A stretch of 64,000 nucleotides of DNA from Sedimentisphaerales bacterium (GCA_963708075.1 OY970194.1:7008001-7072000), one strand, 5' to 3'; shown: positions 41,387 through 53,101, counted from the first letter of the stretch. Notes: generated from the letters alone by a model not told the origin. Made by a program: numbers and translations.

Positions 41387-42471
41387 TTGCTAAGCTCGGG
41401 AAGTTGATGGTTACGCTCACACTGACTATTGTCAGCGTTTGCATCACGTCCTGCACACCAGCTAACCGCAGTGGGACAGCCGCACCGTTGGTGATTCAGG
41501 AACAAGGGAGTTTTGCCGTCGGTGGTTCAGTGATCACCAACCCCGGCACGTTCGACCCTGTCAGAATGACGCCTGAGGGCCAAACGCTCCACGGGGATCA
41601 CGCTTACGTGTTCTACCAGATCCCCGAAAAGGCTCGGAGTCTGCCTCTTGTACTTTGGCACGGCTTCGGGCAGTTCTCGAAGACCTGGGAGACCACACCG
41701 GACGGCCGTGAGGGCTACCAGAACATTTTCTTACGGCGTGGCTTTGCGATCTATGTACTTGACCAACCGCGTCGGGGCAATGCAGGACGAAGCACTCAGC
41801 CGATTACCATAACACCCGTGCCCGACGAGCAGAAATGGTTCCACACGTTTCGCCTTGGTATCTGGCCCGAATTCTTCCCTGGTGTGCAGTTTGCTCAGGA
41901 ACCGACAGTGTTGGAACAATACTTCCGCCAGATGACTCCTGACACCGGGCCCATAGACATTAAGATGAATTCAGACGCGGCAGCCGCACTGTTTGACAAG
42001 ATCGGCCCCGGTATCCTCGTCACCCACTCGCATAGCGGAGGTATGGGATGGGCTACTGTAATCAAGAGTCCGAATGTTCGCGGCGTAGTGTCCTATGAGC
42101 CGGGCAGTAATTTCATCTTTCCAGAAGGTGAAGTGCCTGCGCCCATAGAGAGTTCTGCAGGTCCGCTTAACGCCGCAGGAGTACCTCTGTCAGAGTTCAT
42201 GGCACTGACCAAGATTCCAGTCATCATCTATTATGGAGACTACATCCCGGAGACGCCATCCACAAATCCGGGACAGGATGGCTGGAGGGTGCGACTGGCG
42301 ATGGCAAGGTTATGGGCTGATGCCGTGAATCGTCACGGTGGTGATGTCACGGTCGTACATCTGCCGGAAATAGGGATTCACGGGAATACACACTTTCTCT
42401 TCTCGGACTTGAACAATCTGGAAATCGCAGATCTTATGTCAACCTGGCTCAAAGAGAAAGGGCTGGACTAA
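41383..42471 (+). CDS. Alpha/beta hydrolase, probable lipoprotein
   Basis: ITSC lipobox-like; WETTPDGREG, THSHSG, GIHGNTHF. Confidence 0.85.
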   Translation: MIAKLGKLMVTLTLTIVSVCITSCTPANRSGTAAPLVIQEQGSFAVGGSVITNPGTFDPVRMTPEGQTLHGDHAYVFYQIPEKARSLPLVLWHGFGQFSKTWETTPDGREGYQNIFLRRGFAIYVLDQPRRGNAGRSTQPITITPVPDEQKWFHTFRLGIWPEFFPGVQFAQEPTVLEQYFRQMTPDTGPIDIKMNSDAAAALFDKIGPGILVTHSHSGGMGWATVIKSPNVRGVVSYEPGSNFIFPEGEVPAPIESSAGPLNAAGVPLSEFMALTKIPVIIYYGDYIPETPSTNPGQDGWRVRLAMARLWADAVNRHGGDVTVVHLPEIGIHGNTHFLFSDLNNLEIADLMSTWLKEKGLD

Positions 42472-42505
42472 CGCTTGTATCGCGAAGTCCAGGCGGACCG
42501 GAAAT

Positions 42506-43651
42506 ATGAAGACTGTTAAGAAGAACATTGCCGCCTTGATTGTCGCAACGGTTTGCCTAGTGGGTATTTCTGAAACGCGAGCTGAGGACAACCAGACATT
42601 AAGTGACAGGCAGAAGACAATTATTCCCATTGCGGCCTTCACGGCCACTGGGAACATGCAGAAGCTGGGAACCGCTCTGAGTGAGGGGCTGGATGCAGGG
42701 CTGACCGTAAATGAGATTAAGGAAATCCTGGTTCATACGTATGCCTATGCCGGTTTTCCGCGCGCGTTGAATGGCATCCACACTTACATGGCCGTTCTGG
42801 ATGAACGCAAAGAGAAAGGGATTAATGACAAGGCCGGAAAAGAGGCAACTCCCGTACCCGCCGATCTTGATAAGACAGCTTATGGTCATAAGGTTCGCAA
42901 TTCGCTTGTGGGCAGCGATATGTCGAAACGCACGAGCGGGTATTCGGTTTTCACACCCATCATTGAGCAGTTTTTAGTGGAGCACCTGTTTGCAGATATC
43001 TTTTACCGGGATATCCTCAGCCATCAGGAACGCGAACTGGTGACCATCAGTATTTTGGCAGCGATGACCGGTACAGAGGCGCAGCTCAAAGCACATCTGA
43101 GAATCTCCATGAATATGGGGTTGAGCAAAGCGCAGCTTGAGGAGTATGTTGCAGTGCTCAGGCAGGAAGTCGGTGCGGAGAGTGCTGAAAGAGCCATGGT
43201 GACACTCAACGATCTACTGGGAATCAGCCCTCCTGCGAAGCAGACACAATCCGTTAAGGTCATCAAACATGGAGCGTCGACAAGGGGTTCGGCAGATTAT
43301 TTCACCGGCCATGTGACCGTTGAATCCAGGTTCTCATCGGAAATACCGAACAGCTATGGCGGAGGAATTGTGAATTTTGAAGCCGGAGCACGTACGGCAT
43401 GGCATACCCACCCATTGGGACAGACTCTCATTATTATCTCCGGGCGTGGTCTGGTTCAATCTGAGGGTGAAGCTGTGCAGGAAATCGTGCCGGGTGATGT
43501 CGTCTGGATTCCAGCGAATGAGCGTCATTGGCATGGTGCTGCACCGGACAGCCCCATGTCGCATGTCGCAGTCTCCGCTCCCCGCAATGGTACAACCGTT
43601 GAATGGATGGAACATGTCGATGATGAACAATATGCGAATCAAGAGCATTAG
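42506..43651 (+). CDS. Carboxymuconolactone decarboxylase-like domains fused to a cupin
   Basis: [39 protein letters not shown] and HWHGA. Confidence 0.88.
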   Translation: MKTVKKNIAALIVATVCLVGISETRAEDNQTLSDRQKTIIPIAAFTATGNMQKLGTALSEGLDAGLTVNEIKEILVHTYAYAGFPRALNGIHTYMAVLDERKEKGINDKAGKEATPVPADLDKTAYGHKVRNSLVGSDMSKRTSGYSVFTPIIEQFLVEHLFADIFYRDILSHQERELVTISILAAMTGTEAQLKAHLRISMNMGLSKAQLEEYVAVLRQEVGAESAERAMVTLNDLLGISPPAKQTQSVKVIKHGASTRGSADYFTGHVTVESRFSSEIPNSYGGGIVNFEAGARTAWHTHPLGQTLIIISGRGLVQSEGEAVQEIVPGDVVWIPANERHWHGAAPDSPMSHVAVSAPRNGTTVEWMEHVDDEQYANQEH

Positions 43652-43668
43652 AGAATGAGGTCCGCGTC

Positions 43669-45276
43669 ATGAAAAGAGTATTGGCCATTATTATCGGTTT
43701 CAGTGTGTATGCTCAGCAAACGATTGTCAATGCTGCTCCGGAAGCAGCACCGACGGTCCGTACCACCTCCGGAATCGTGCGCGGCGTGACGGAAGAAGAG
43801 ATCTCCAGTTTCAAAGGAATACCCTATGCTGCTGCTCCGGTCGGTGACAATCGTTGGCGGCCGCCCCAACCCGTACCCGCATGGGAGGGAGTGCGTGATG
43901 CAACCGAGTTTGGCGCAAATTGTGCGCAGGCAGGCTGGCCCCGCGGTTCCGGATCAATTGCGGAGGGCTCATCGGAAGATTGCCTGTATCTCAATTTGTG
44001 GTGTCCTGCCGGGACCAAGCCGGGTGCAAGGCTGCCGGTCATGGTTTGGATCCACGGCGGGGCTTTCGTAGGGGGAAGCGGCTCCGGTCCCGCCACTTCA
44101 GGAAATGGATTTGCCAAACAAGGCGTCATCCTGATGACCTTCAACTACCGTCTTCGGCGCCTCGGCCATTTTGCATTCCCTGCATTGAGTAAAGAGCATC
44201 CGGAAGAGCCGAAAGGCAGTTACGCCTATATGGACCAGATCGCCGCCCTCGAGTGGGTGCAGAAGAACATTGCCGCATTCGGAGGCGATCCGGACAATGT
44301 TACCATTTTCGGCGAATCCGCCGGTGGCGTCTCGGTGCATTCACTTCTGACAATCCCGGCTGCAAGGGGTCTCTTCCATAAGGCGATCAGCCAGTCTGGC
44401 GGTGGCCGGGATGGTGTTCTGACTGGTAGACCGATCCATGAAGAGAACGCCGATCCGTACTACCCCGTTTCGGCGGAAACGATCGGGATGAACTTCGCTC
44501 GCAAACATGGGATCGAGGGCACGGATGCGGCCGCACTGGCCAAGCTCCGCTCCCTGAGCGTGGAGGAGATTGTGGATGGAGGTCAGGAAAGCGATGGCCC
44601 AGGAGGTCTGCCCATCTACTCAGGTCCGATTCTCGACGGTAAGCTGGTTGTAGAAACTGCTCAGAGCGCATACGAGGCCGGCCGGCAGGCACGCGTTCCG
44701 CTCATTATCGGGTCGAATAGTGCGGAAGTGCCGGCTGGCTTCGTGAATGCCAATTCGAAGGAAGAGCTGCTGTCTCTGTTCAGGAACCTGAGGGACGAAG
44801 CGATTGCGGCCTACGATCCTGATGGTACCACTGAGTTCGCCGGGATGCTCACGATGGTCAACACTGACAAGGTATGGGCGGAGCCGGCCCGGTTCACCGC
44901 GAATGCCTGGGCTGCCAAGGGCGATCCGGCCTACATCTATCTCTTCTCCTACGTCCCCGCCTCCATGCAGCAGCGGATGCGGTTTGGCGCACCGCATGGA
45001 TCTGAAATCGCATATGTGTTTAACAACCTCACTGCTCGCTGGGGGGCGGACACCACAACAGCTAAAGACCAAGAGGTCGCCAAGATGATGAACACCTATT
45101 GGACGAACTTCGCCAAGACCGGTGATCCTAATGGTAAGGGACTGCCGAGATGGCCCGTTTACAATCCCAAAGAGAACGAGGTCCTCGAGTTCCGACCCGA
45201 TGGATCGGCAGTCGCTGAACCCGATCCCAAGAAGGTGAGACTGGACGTGATTGAAAAGGCCGCCAAGGCGAAGTGA
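43669..45276 (+). CDS. Carboxylesterase type B
   Basis: [32 protein letters not shown]. Confidence 0.95.
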   Translation: MKRVLAIIIGFSVYAQQTIVNAAPEAAPTVRTTSGIVRGVTEEEISSFKGIPYAAAPVGDNRWRPPQPVPAWEGVRDATEFGANCAQAGWPRGSGSIAEGSSEDCLYLNLWCPAGTKPGARLPVMVWIHGGAFVGGSGSGPATSGNGFAKQGVILMTFNYRLRRLGHFAFPALSKEHPEEPKGSYAYMDQIAALEWVQKNIAAFGGDPDNVTIFGESAGGVSVHSLLTIPAARGLFHKAISQSGGGRDGVLTGRPIHEENADPYYPVSAETIGMNFARKHGIEGTDAAALAKLRSLSVEEIVDGGQESDGPGGLPIYSGPILDGKLVVETAQSAYEAGRQARVPLIIGSNSAEVPAGFVNANSKEELLSLFRNLRDEAIAAYDPDGTTEFAGMLTMVNTDKVWAEPARFTANAWAAKGDPAYIYLFSYVPASMQQRMRFGAPHGSEIAYVFNNLTARWGADTTTAKDQEVAKMMNTYWTNFAKTGDPNGKGLPRWPVYNPKENEVLEFRPDGSAVAEPDPKKVRLDVIEKAAKAK

Positions 45277-45448
45277 TATGTGCTAAGCCATGAAATCGAA
45301 AAGTAAAACACGCTATCTTGGTCAGAGTTGGTTAAATCGAGTTAAATTCAACTCTGTCAGTAGCTCGATGTTGTTGCTTTCAATGGTAATCCTTCTATGT
45401 TGTGCAAAGAAGGGTGTATCCGGAGCAGATAACAGTGCCATGGAATTA

Positions 45449-46553
45449 TTGATCTTTGAATAGTTAAAGTAAAAGTGACACGATGTCACAGTCTAAGCCC
45501 AGCATGCTTGAAGAACGAACGCAAGAGAGACTGGTGAGTTTTTGTCTGCTCCAGCGAATGTCGCACCGCCTGCGTGAGGTCAGTGAGATTCTCCGGGCAG
45601 AAGTTGGCCAAGTCCATGTACTTCGTCCGCGTCCAGACCTGTTCATCAGGATTGAGTTGCGGGGCGTAGGACGGCAGCCATTCGATTTGTACTCGACGAG
45701 GGAACCGACGCCGGAGTTGCTCCACGGCGGACAGATGAACGGGCCAACGATCCAGGACCAGGATGATCCCGTGGGGAAAATGTTCAAGAAGTTCCGCCAC
45801 GAGGGTCTCAATGTCGGGAGTACGGATGTTGTGCTCTTGGAGCGCGAAGTACAGGTCCAGATGCCGACGCTGCGGCGAGACCGTGACCACCGACATTCCG
45901 GAGAGGCGGTCGTGACGCTCCCAACGGTACAGGAGCGGCGTATCCCCATGGGGACCCCAGGTCCGGCGGACCACCGGCTGGAGCATAAAGCCGGTTTCAT
46001 CGAGAAAAACGATGTTTCGACCGCTATGCCGAGCTTTTTTTTATACGCGGCCAGTCTTGTTGACGCCAACGGGCAATGGCCTCTTCGTCGCGTTCGCGCG
46101 CCCGGCCTTCGGGTTTCTGGCAACTCCAGCCGATGCCACGCAGCACGTGCCAGACCCCGGAAGGGTCGTAGCGGACGCCGAAACGCCTCTCGATCACTTC
46201 GGCGATCCGCTTCAGCGTCCACAGGTCGGTCATATATCCGTGGGCGAGAGGACCTTTTAACAGCAACCGTTCCAGCTTCTGGCGTTGCCGGACCGTCAAC
46301 TTGGGCCGGCGGCCGGGATGCGGCTTGGCCTTCAAGCCGTCCCGTCCCGCCTGCTGAGAAATCTTCTTCCACCGGGATACAGCCGCCGGCGAGACGCCGA
46401 GTCTCCGGGCCACTTCGCTGGGACCGTGACCGGCTTCGAGCAACGCGAAGGCCTGAAGCCGGTGACATTCGAGCTCTTCGGGTTTTCCTGGGGTTCTCAT
46501 GCATGAAGATATCGATCCGTCACGGCGATTTACTTTAACTATTCAAAGATCAA
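45449..46553 (-). mobile_element. IS630-family insertion sequence
   Basis: Perfect 25-bp terminal IRs TTGATCTTTGAATAGTTAAAGTAAA; TA duplicated at 45447-45448 and 46554-46555. Confidence 0.96.
45486..46500 (-). CDS. IS630 transposase; HTH ORF (46024-46500) joined to DDE ORF by probable programmed -1 frameshift
   Basis: A8 run at ~46035-46042; DETGFMLQP, LVLDRWPVH, LPSYAPQLNPDEQVW. Confidence 0.9.
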
Positions 46554-47491
46554 TAGAATGTAGAGGAGAGGACGGGGAAGTCACTCACCATCTAACAACC
46601 AATAATTATGTCCGCGACATTGTGGAACACCCTGCATTTGACGGGTTTGGCGAGTTGCTGTTGCCTCGTGATGACAATTCTGGTTACTACAACACGCAAC
46701 TTCACAATGTTGGTTCACTTATGCCGTATCACAGCCATGTAGAACCAAACATTGTGGTTGGTGCACTTAACCACATGATAGACGAAGTAAACGATGGCAA
46801 GACAGTATTCTACGAATTCTATACCGACGAGCAAAAGCAACAAGATCCGAATAAAGGGAATACCGGAGTATTCTTGTATCGTGGAGATGCGAATGCTCCT
46901 TTTGCCGTGGTGTGTCCCGGCGGAGGGTTTTCGTATGTTGGTTCACTACACGAAGGATTTCCTTTGGCGCAGCGAATAAGCGAATCAGGACTTAATGCGT
47001 TTGTAATACGGTATCGTATCGGCAGTGAACGCTATGCTACCGAAGACCTGGCGGCAGCGATAGCGTATATCTTCCGTAATGCGGAAACTCTCGGAGTGAG
47101 CACAAGAGACTATTCGGTCTGGGGCGGATCGGCGGGAGCTCGTATGGCAGGCAATATTGCTTTGGACGGAGTATCCGCTTATGGAGGCGGCGATCTCCCG
47201 AAACCCGCTGCAGCCGTCATAGCGTATACCGGCCAATCGAGCTATTCAAGTGATTTCTCTCCGGCTTTCATTACCGTAGCCGCCAACGATGCAATAGCCA
47301 ACGTCCATACGGTGGAAAGGCGTGTAGAGAATTTGAGAAATGCCGGGGTGGAGGTCGAATATCGCAGGTATCAAAGTGCAGGTCATGGATTCGGTTCTCG
47401 GTACAGGCACGGATGCCGAAGGATGGTTGGACTTGGCTGTTCGCTTCTGGCAACGACATATAAGTGAAGAAGTGTCTGAAAGGACAGAATA

Positions 47492-48286
47492 GTGCGACCA
47501 GGAAGAAGGCACGGCGACATAAGGACGGAGAGGCGATCCCACTGCTATGGGGCAGCCTTCACCCTGATCGAACTGCTTGTGGTCATCGCGGTGATCGCGC
47601 TGCTGATGGGTATCATGGTGCCCGTGTTGGGCAAGGCTCGGGAGAAAGCCAGACGGGTTGCCTGCATGGGGAACATCCGACAGTTCATCGTCGGCATCCA
47701 GGCCTATGCCAGCGACTTTCGCGAGACCCTTCCTTCGGGCCTGTCCGATGCCAACAATCCGCAGGATGAGCACACCCCTGTCCTTTCCAGGTCGGTACGC
47801 ACCGCGTTGGTGCGGATCATCGGCGATGAACGCTGCCTCTCCTGCCCTTGGCTGAGCGAGCCCTTCAACCAGCCGGGCGGGTGGTACTACGTCTACGAGG
47901 GTCGCGATTACGGCTACGTCCTCGGCTACAACTACCTGGGAGGCCACAAAGGCACACCCTGGCCCCTGGTGGGGCCGGCGATCAGCGAATGGGTATCGCC
48001 CCAGAGATCGTTCGAGCGGGGTTCCAGGCCGGTAGTGACTGAGCTCAACGCCTGGTCCACGGGCGAGATGAAGACCTTTGCCCCGCATGGACCCAGAGGC
48101 GCGATCCTGGAGGGCAGAGATTCGACCAACGCGAGTAGGGAGGGGATTTCCTCGGAGCAGATCGGCGCGGTCGGCGGTCACGTCGGGTGCCTGGACGGCT
48201 CTGTCTCCTGGAAGCACATCAAAGACATGGAGGTTCATCGGGGCTCGCGGCTCTGGGATGAGAGTGGCTGTTTTACGACTTGGTGA
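47492..48286 (+). CDS. Prepilin-type N-terminal cleavage/methylation domain protein
   Basis: AFTLIELLVVIAVIALLMGIMVP..KAREKARRVACMGN; C-terminal LDGSVSW. Confidence 0.92.
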   Translation: MRPGRRHGDIRTERRSHCYGAAFTLIELLVVIAVIALLMGIMVPVLGKAREKARRVACMGNIRQFIVGIQAYASDFRETLPSGLSDANNPQDEHTPVLSRSVRTALVRIIGDERCLSCPWLSEPFNQPGGWYYVYEGRDYGYVLGYNYLGGHKGTPWPLVGPAISEWVSPQRSFERGSRPVVTELNAWSTGEMKTFAPHGPRGAILEGRDSTNASREGISSEQIGAVGGHVGCLDGSVSWKHIKDMEVHRGSRLWDESGCFTTW

Positions 48287-48308
48287 CTGGATATAGAGGA
48301 TTCTGCCT

Positions 48309-49859
48309 ATGTGTACCACTGCTTACAGACTTACGACAATGTCTCTTCTGATCCTGATGGTGGCTCTGATGCCTGCCCGTGTGATGGCCGGCGATTGGCC
48401 GATCTTCCGCGGCCCCCAGCACAACGGCATCTCTTCCGAGCGACATTGGGGAGAGGACTGGGCCAACTGTGCGATGAAGGTTAGATGGACCACGGCGGTG
48501 GGCATGGGAGCCTCCACCGTCGCGGTGGCTGATGGGCGGCTCTATACGATGGGCAATCGCCAACTCCCTGTCGACAGGGCCACGACGGCCTGCGACGTGG
48601 TCTACTGCCTGGATGCAATCAGTGGCATCCTCATCTGGAGCTACTCCTACCCGGCGGCCTTGGGGGCCAACCTCTACGAGGGCGGCACCACCACGACACC
48701 GACCGTAGCAGGTGACAAGGTGTACACCCTGAGCAAGCAGGGCGTGGCTTACTGCTTTGATGCCAAGACTGGGGCGGTGCTCTGGCAGGTCGACCTGGTC
48801 GCCAAGTATGGCGTCCGCGCGCCGACATGGTCCTTTGCGGGGTCGCCCTATCCCTATGGGGACCTGATGGTCTACAACGTGGGCAAGCACGGTCTGGCCC
48901 TGCACGCCAGCGATGGAACATTGGCCTGGACAACCGGCACCGACGTATCGGGATACTCCACGCCGGTGCCGCTTGATGACAACGGTCAGCAACTCCTGGT
49001 CTTGATGGGATACAGGACCTTTGCGGCGGTCGAGCCCCTGACCGGCAGTGTCATGTGGGAGTATCCTTGGGTCAACGGTCTTCCGGGGAATATTGCAGAC
49101 CCGGTCATAGATGGCAATGACTTGTTTGTCTCATCGGGCTACAACAAAGGCGCTGCCTTGGTGCGGGCATCAGGCGGCCAGGTCGCCCAGGTCTGGCTCC
49201 AGAGGAACATGCAGACCTGCTACAACGCTGTCGTGCTCTGGCACGGGTATCTGTACGGACAGAATGACAGTGGTACGTGCCTGAGCTGTGTCGAGTTCAG
49301 CACCGGCAAAGTGATCTGGAATAAAGGGGGCTTCGGCCGTGCCTGTGTTACCCTGGCGGATGGCAGACTGATCGTCCTGAGCGAGACAGGAGAGCTGAGC
49401 ATCGGCGAGGCGTCACCAGCAGGCTACGTGCCTGCTGTCAGAGCTAAGATCCTGAGTGGCGAGTGCCGTTCCGTGCCCGTCCTGGCCAACGGGAAGATCT
49501 ATGTTCGCAGTACGGCAGGCAGCTTGGCCTGCGTGGAGCTGACGACTTCCGCGCCCAGGGTCAACGCAGGCGGCAATGCGGTCACCTCGCTCAAGGCCGG
49601 CGAAACGACCGTGGTCTTGAACGGTTCTGTGGCAGACGACGCAAACGACGTCACCAGTATTCGCTGGTCTGTCCTTTCTGCGCCGGACGACTCTATCGTC
49701 GAGTTTGCCGACAGCTCCAAGCCTGCCACCACGGCCAGCTTCACCAAGCTGGGTGTGTACGTCCTGGAGCTCTGGGCGATCGATGCAGAGTCCCAGGAAG
49801 GTTCTGACCGAATCGAGGTCAGGGTGGACGCGGATGCCTCCGAGCACGACGATTTGTGA
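48309..49859 (+). CDS. Secreted PQQ-like beta-propeller with C-terminal PKD/Ig-like domain
   Basis: GDWPIFRGP; PVLANGKIYVR; PRVNAG..LNGSVADD..GVYVLEL. Confidence 0.88.
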   Translation: MCTTAYRLTTMSLLILMVALMPARVMAGDWPIFRGPQHNGISSERHWGEDWANCAMKVRWTTAVGMGASTVAVADGRLYTMGNRQLPVDRATTACDVVYCLDAISGILIWSYSYPAALGANLYEGGTTTTPTVAGDKVYTLSKQGVAYCFDAKTGAVLWQVDLVAKYGVRAPTWSFAGSPYPYGDLMVYNVGKHGLALHASDGTLAWTTGTDVSGYSTPVPLDDNGQQLLVLMGYRTFAAVEPLTGSVMWEYPWVNGLPGNIADPVIDGNDLFVSSGYNKGAALVRASGGQVAQVWLQRNMQTCYNAVVLWHGYLYGQNDSGTCLSCVEFSTGKVIWNKGGFGRACVTLADGRLIVLSETGELSIGEASPAGYVPAVRAKILSGECRSVPVLANGKIYVRSTAGSLACVELTTSAPRVNAGGNAVTSLKAGETTVVLNGSVADDANDVTSIRWSVLSAPDDSIVEFADSSKPATTASFTKLGVYVLELWAIDAESQEGSDRIEVRVDADASEHDDL

Positions 49860-49861
49860 AA

Positions 49862-49945
49862 GGCGCGGCCGTTTTCCGGTCGGTGTCATCGGAAACGCTG
49901 CGTCGGCATACCTTTGAGTGTGTTGTGAGTAAGCATGGTGCGACG
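49862..49945 (+). repeat. Structured intergenic repeat, copy 2 (5' truncated)
   Basis: Aligns with copies 1 and 3; begins 3 nt after the upstream stop. Confidence 0.9.
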
Positions 49946-49970
49946 GGCAAAGAAAGAGAGGGTATCGACT

Positions 49971-52961
49971 GTGGGAAGAAGTCTCGTACTCGCGAGTTGT
50001 TTGGTCATGATGATTGCGAGTTGTGTTTCGGCGCAGGAAGGTTCGGGTGTCTCACTCGTCATCAACGAGGTGATGGCGTCCAATAGCGCGACGAAAGCCG
50101 ATCCGCAGGGTCAGTATGACGATTGGATCGAGGTCTACAACTATGGAAGCGCGTCGTTTGACGTGGGCGGGTTATACCTGACGGACGATCCGGAGAGGCC
50201 CACCAAGTGGCGAATCCCTACGACCGATCCGACCCTGACGACCATCGCCCCCGGCGGCTGTCTCCTGATTTGGGCGGATGGAGACACACAGGCTCCGGGT
50301 TTGCACGCGAGCTTCAAGCTCAGTTCCGGCGGGGAGGAACTGTGCTTGTTCGATGTCGACGGCGTGACTCTGATCGATCGCCTGGCCTTCCCGGAGCTGC
50401 CTTCAGACGTCGCCTATGGACGGTATCCCAACGCCGGAGAGGGCTTACAGTACTTCACCTCGCCGACGCCTGGGACGGCCAACGCAGAAGGCTACGAAGG
50501 GCTGGTCGGCGCTGTTGCGTTCAGCCAGGCGCGTGGATTCTACGATGCACCCTTCTCTGTCACCCTCTCTACGAACACGCCTGAGGCGAAGATCTACTAC
50601 TCACTGGACTGCGAGCTGCCCGGCCAAAGCGCAACTCGAACGGTTACGGGCACGGTCTATACGGAGCCCATCAACATCAGCAAGACCACGTGTCTGCGGG
50701 CTGTAGCGACTCGCCAGGGGTGGAAGTCGTCGGCCGTCTACACGCAGACGTACATCGTCGTGAGCGACGTGATCAAGCAGTCGCCTACTGGCGGCCGGCC
50801 CGGCGCGAATTGGCCTGCTCCGTATGCCGGCGGTGGCGGTTCTCCCTGGGGCGGCGGCGGAGCACAGGTAATCGACTATGGTATGGACCCCGATGTGGTG
50901 AATGACCTGAGATACAAGGACGTGATAGAGGACGCGATGCTGTCGCTTCCCTCGATTTCGCTGGTGACGCCCTTGGCCAACCTGTTCAATTCGAGCACAG
51001 GGATTTACGTCAACGCCCTGCAGGACGGCATCGCGTGGGAGCGTCCCGTCTCGGTGGAACTGATCTATCCGGATGGAACGCCAGGGTTCCAGATCGATGC
51101 GGGTCTGCGGATTCGCGGGGGCTACGGTCGCCAGGGAGGCAATGCCAAGCATGCGTTTCGGCTCTTCTTCCGGGCCGAGTACGGCACATCCAAGCTGGAA
51201 TACCCTCTGTTCGGCGATGAAGGGGTCGATTCCTTCGACAAGGTGGACCTGCGGACCGAGAGCAACTACTCGTGGGCTTTCAAGGGCAGTTCCGGCGACG
51301 ACAACGGCGGCAAGAACACCCTGCTGCGGGACGTCTTTTCCCGCGATCTGCAGGGGGCGACCGGCCAACCCTACACGAGGAGCCGGTATTACCATCTTTA
51401 CCTCGATGGACAGTATTGGGGAGTCTACCAGACCCAGGAACGCTCCGAGGCCCGCTATGCGGCCTCGTACTTCGAGGGCAATAGCGAGGACTACGATGTG
51501 GCCAAGGTCAACGCCGGTCCCGGGGCACCCTATACGATCGAAGTGACGGACGGCACTCTGGACGCATACAATCGGCTCTGGCAGGCGGCCAGCCAGGGGT
51601 TCAGCGCAAATGCGGCGTACTACAAGGTGCAGGGACTCAACCCGGACGGCACTGTCAACCCCGCCTACGAGCGGCTTCTTGACGTCGACAACGTGATCGA
51701 CTACATGATCTGCACATTCTACGTCGGCGACCTCGACGCTCCCATCTCGAGTTTCCTCCAGAACAATCGGCCGAACAACTTCTACGCCGTCTACAATCAC
51801 ACAGACCCCGATGGCTTCAAGTTCTTCCGCCACGATTGCGAGCACACGATGTTCAACGTGAACGAGAACCGCACCGGCCCCTATCCGGCCGGCTCGCAAT
51901 CCCAATACTTCAATCCACAATGGCTGCACCAGCAGCTCGCGACCAACACAGAAGACAAGATGCGTTTTGCGGACCACGTGTACAGGCACTTCTTCAACGA
52001 CGGCCCGATGACGTCGGCCGGTGCCGCCAGACTCTTGACGGCCCGCAAAGACACCATCGATCTGGCGATCATCGCGGAATCCGCCCGCTGGGGCGACGCC
52101 AAGGTCGCCAAGCCCCGGACCAAAGACGACGACTGGCTGCCCCAGGTGCGCTTCCTGCTCAACGATTATTTGCCCAAGCGGACGGACATCGTTCTCAACC
52201 AGCTCAAGGCCAAAGGATGGTATCCAAGCATCGAGGCGCCGACCTTCAATCAGCACGGCGGAGTGGCTGCGAAGGGATTCAACCTGACCATGACGGCGGT
52301 CTTTGGGGATATGTACTACACCACCGACGGCACAGACCCGCGCCTGCCGGGCGGGGCCATCAATACCGCGCACGCGACGAAGTACACCGGGCCTGTCACA
52401 TTGACCGAGTCCACTCGTATCAGAGCCCGGGCGTTCTTCGGCATCTGGAGCGCGCTTCATGAGGCGGTTTTCGCGATTGGGCCCGTGGCGGAGGGTCTGC
52501 GGATCAGCGAGATCATGTACCACCCGGCCGGGGATCCAAACGCCGAGTACATCGAGCTAACCAACGTTGGGACCGAGCCTATGAATCTTAACCTGGTCCG
52601 ATTCACCAACGGAATCGACTTCACCTTCTCGAGCTTTGAGCTTGCCCCCGGCAAGTGCTGCTTGGTGGTCAAGGATGTCACCGCCTTCGATGCGAAATAT
52701 GGCCCCGGCCTGCCCGTCGCCGGTCAATTCGCCGGTTCCCTGGCCAACGAGGGTGAGAGGATCACGCTGGTGGATGCCGCCCGCGTGACGATTCAAAGCT
52801 TTAAGTACGAAGACGACTGGTATGACACCACTGACGGCCAGGGGTATTCTCTGACAGCTCTGGCCTCGGCGGAGTCTGATCCGGACCAACGGTCACAGAA
52901 GGACGCCTGGCGGGCGAGCACACAGTTGGGCGGCTCCCCCGGCGTCTTCGATGGCCACTGA
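49971..52961 (+). CDS. Secreted CotH-kinase-like protein with two lamin-tail domains and FN3/chitobiase-like domains
   Basis: VINEVMASN..DDWIEVYN; GLRIRGG; YLDGQYWGVY..ER; YYTTDGTDPR; ISEIMYHP..EYIELTN. Confidence 0.85.
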   Translation: MGRSLVLASCLVMMIASCVSAQEGSGVSLVINEVMASNSATKADPQGQYDDWIEVYNYGSASFDVGGLYLTDDPERPTKWRIPTTDPTLTTIAPGGCLLIWADGDTQAPGLHASFKLSSGGEELCLFDVDGVTLIDRLAFPELPSDVAYGRYPNAGEGLQYFTSPTPGTANAEGYEGLVGAVAFSQARGFYDAPFSVTLSTNTPEAKIYYSLDCELPGQSATRTVTGTVYTEPINISKTTCLRAVATRQGWKSSAVYTQTYIVVSDVIKQSPTGGRPGANWPAPYAGGGGSPWGGGGAQVIDYGMDPDVVNDLRYKDVIEDAMLSLPSISLVTPLANLFNSSTGIYVNALQDGIAWERPVSVELIYPDGTPGFQIDAGLRIRGGYGRQGGNAKHAFRLFFRAEYGTSKLEYPLFGDEGVDSFDKVDLRTESNYSWAFKGSSGDDNGGKNTLLRDVFSRDLQGATGQPYTRSRYYHLYLDGQYWGVYQTQERSEARYAASYFEGNSEDYDVAKVNAGPGAPYTIEVTDGTLDAYNRLWQAASQGFSANAAYYKVQGLNPDGTVNPAYERLLDVDNVIDYMICTFYVGDLDAPISSFLQNNRPNNFYAVYNHTDPDGFKFFRHDCEHTMFNVNENRTGPYPAGSQSQYFNPQWLHQQLATNTEDKMRFADHVYRHFFNDGPMTSAGAARLLTARKDTIDLAIIAESARWGDAKVAKPRTKDDDWLPQVRFLLNDYLPKRTDIVLNQLKAKGWYPSIEAPTFNQHGGVAAKGFNLTMTAVFGDMYYTTDGTDPRLPGGAINTAHATKYTGPVTLTESTRIRARAFFGIWSALHEAVFAIGPVAEGLRISEIMYHPAGDPNAEYIELTNVGTEPMNLNLVRFTNGIDFTFSSFELAPGKCCLVVKDVTAFDAKYGPGLPVAGQFAGSLANEGERITLVDAARVTIQSFKYEDDWYDTTDGQGYSLTALASAESDPDQRSQKDAWRASTQLGGSPGVFDGH

Positions 52962-53101
52962 CTGATGTTCTGAAGGATGGCGTCCCGATGGTTATCCGGA
53001 AAGACTCCGACCCGCAAGAATAACTAAGAGAACGGTGTGAAACTGGGGACTAGACCCGTTTCAGGTCATACACACGATTATCCATGAAAGGAGCAAAAGA
53101 G

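Larger units (their letters stand above)
45290..47492 (+). pseudogene. Alpha/beta hydrolase interrupted by IS630; extra base near 47396
   Basis: Removing the IS and one TA fuses ...AMEL to ECRGED... in frame; CPGGGF, GGSAG, GHGFG(LGTGTDAEGW in shifted frame). Confidence 0.88.

Noticed and set aside
44140..44175. Carboxylesterase NYRLRRLG instead of NYRLG.LG, and pilin-like NVLFAAG instead of NVLFADG (~57085-57105)
   Set aside because: Single-base differences in an error-prone assembly; cannot be called inactivating.
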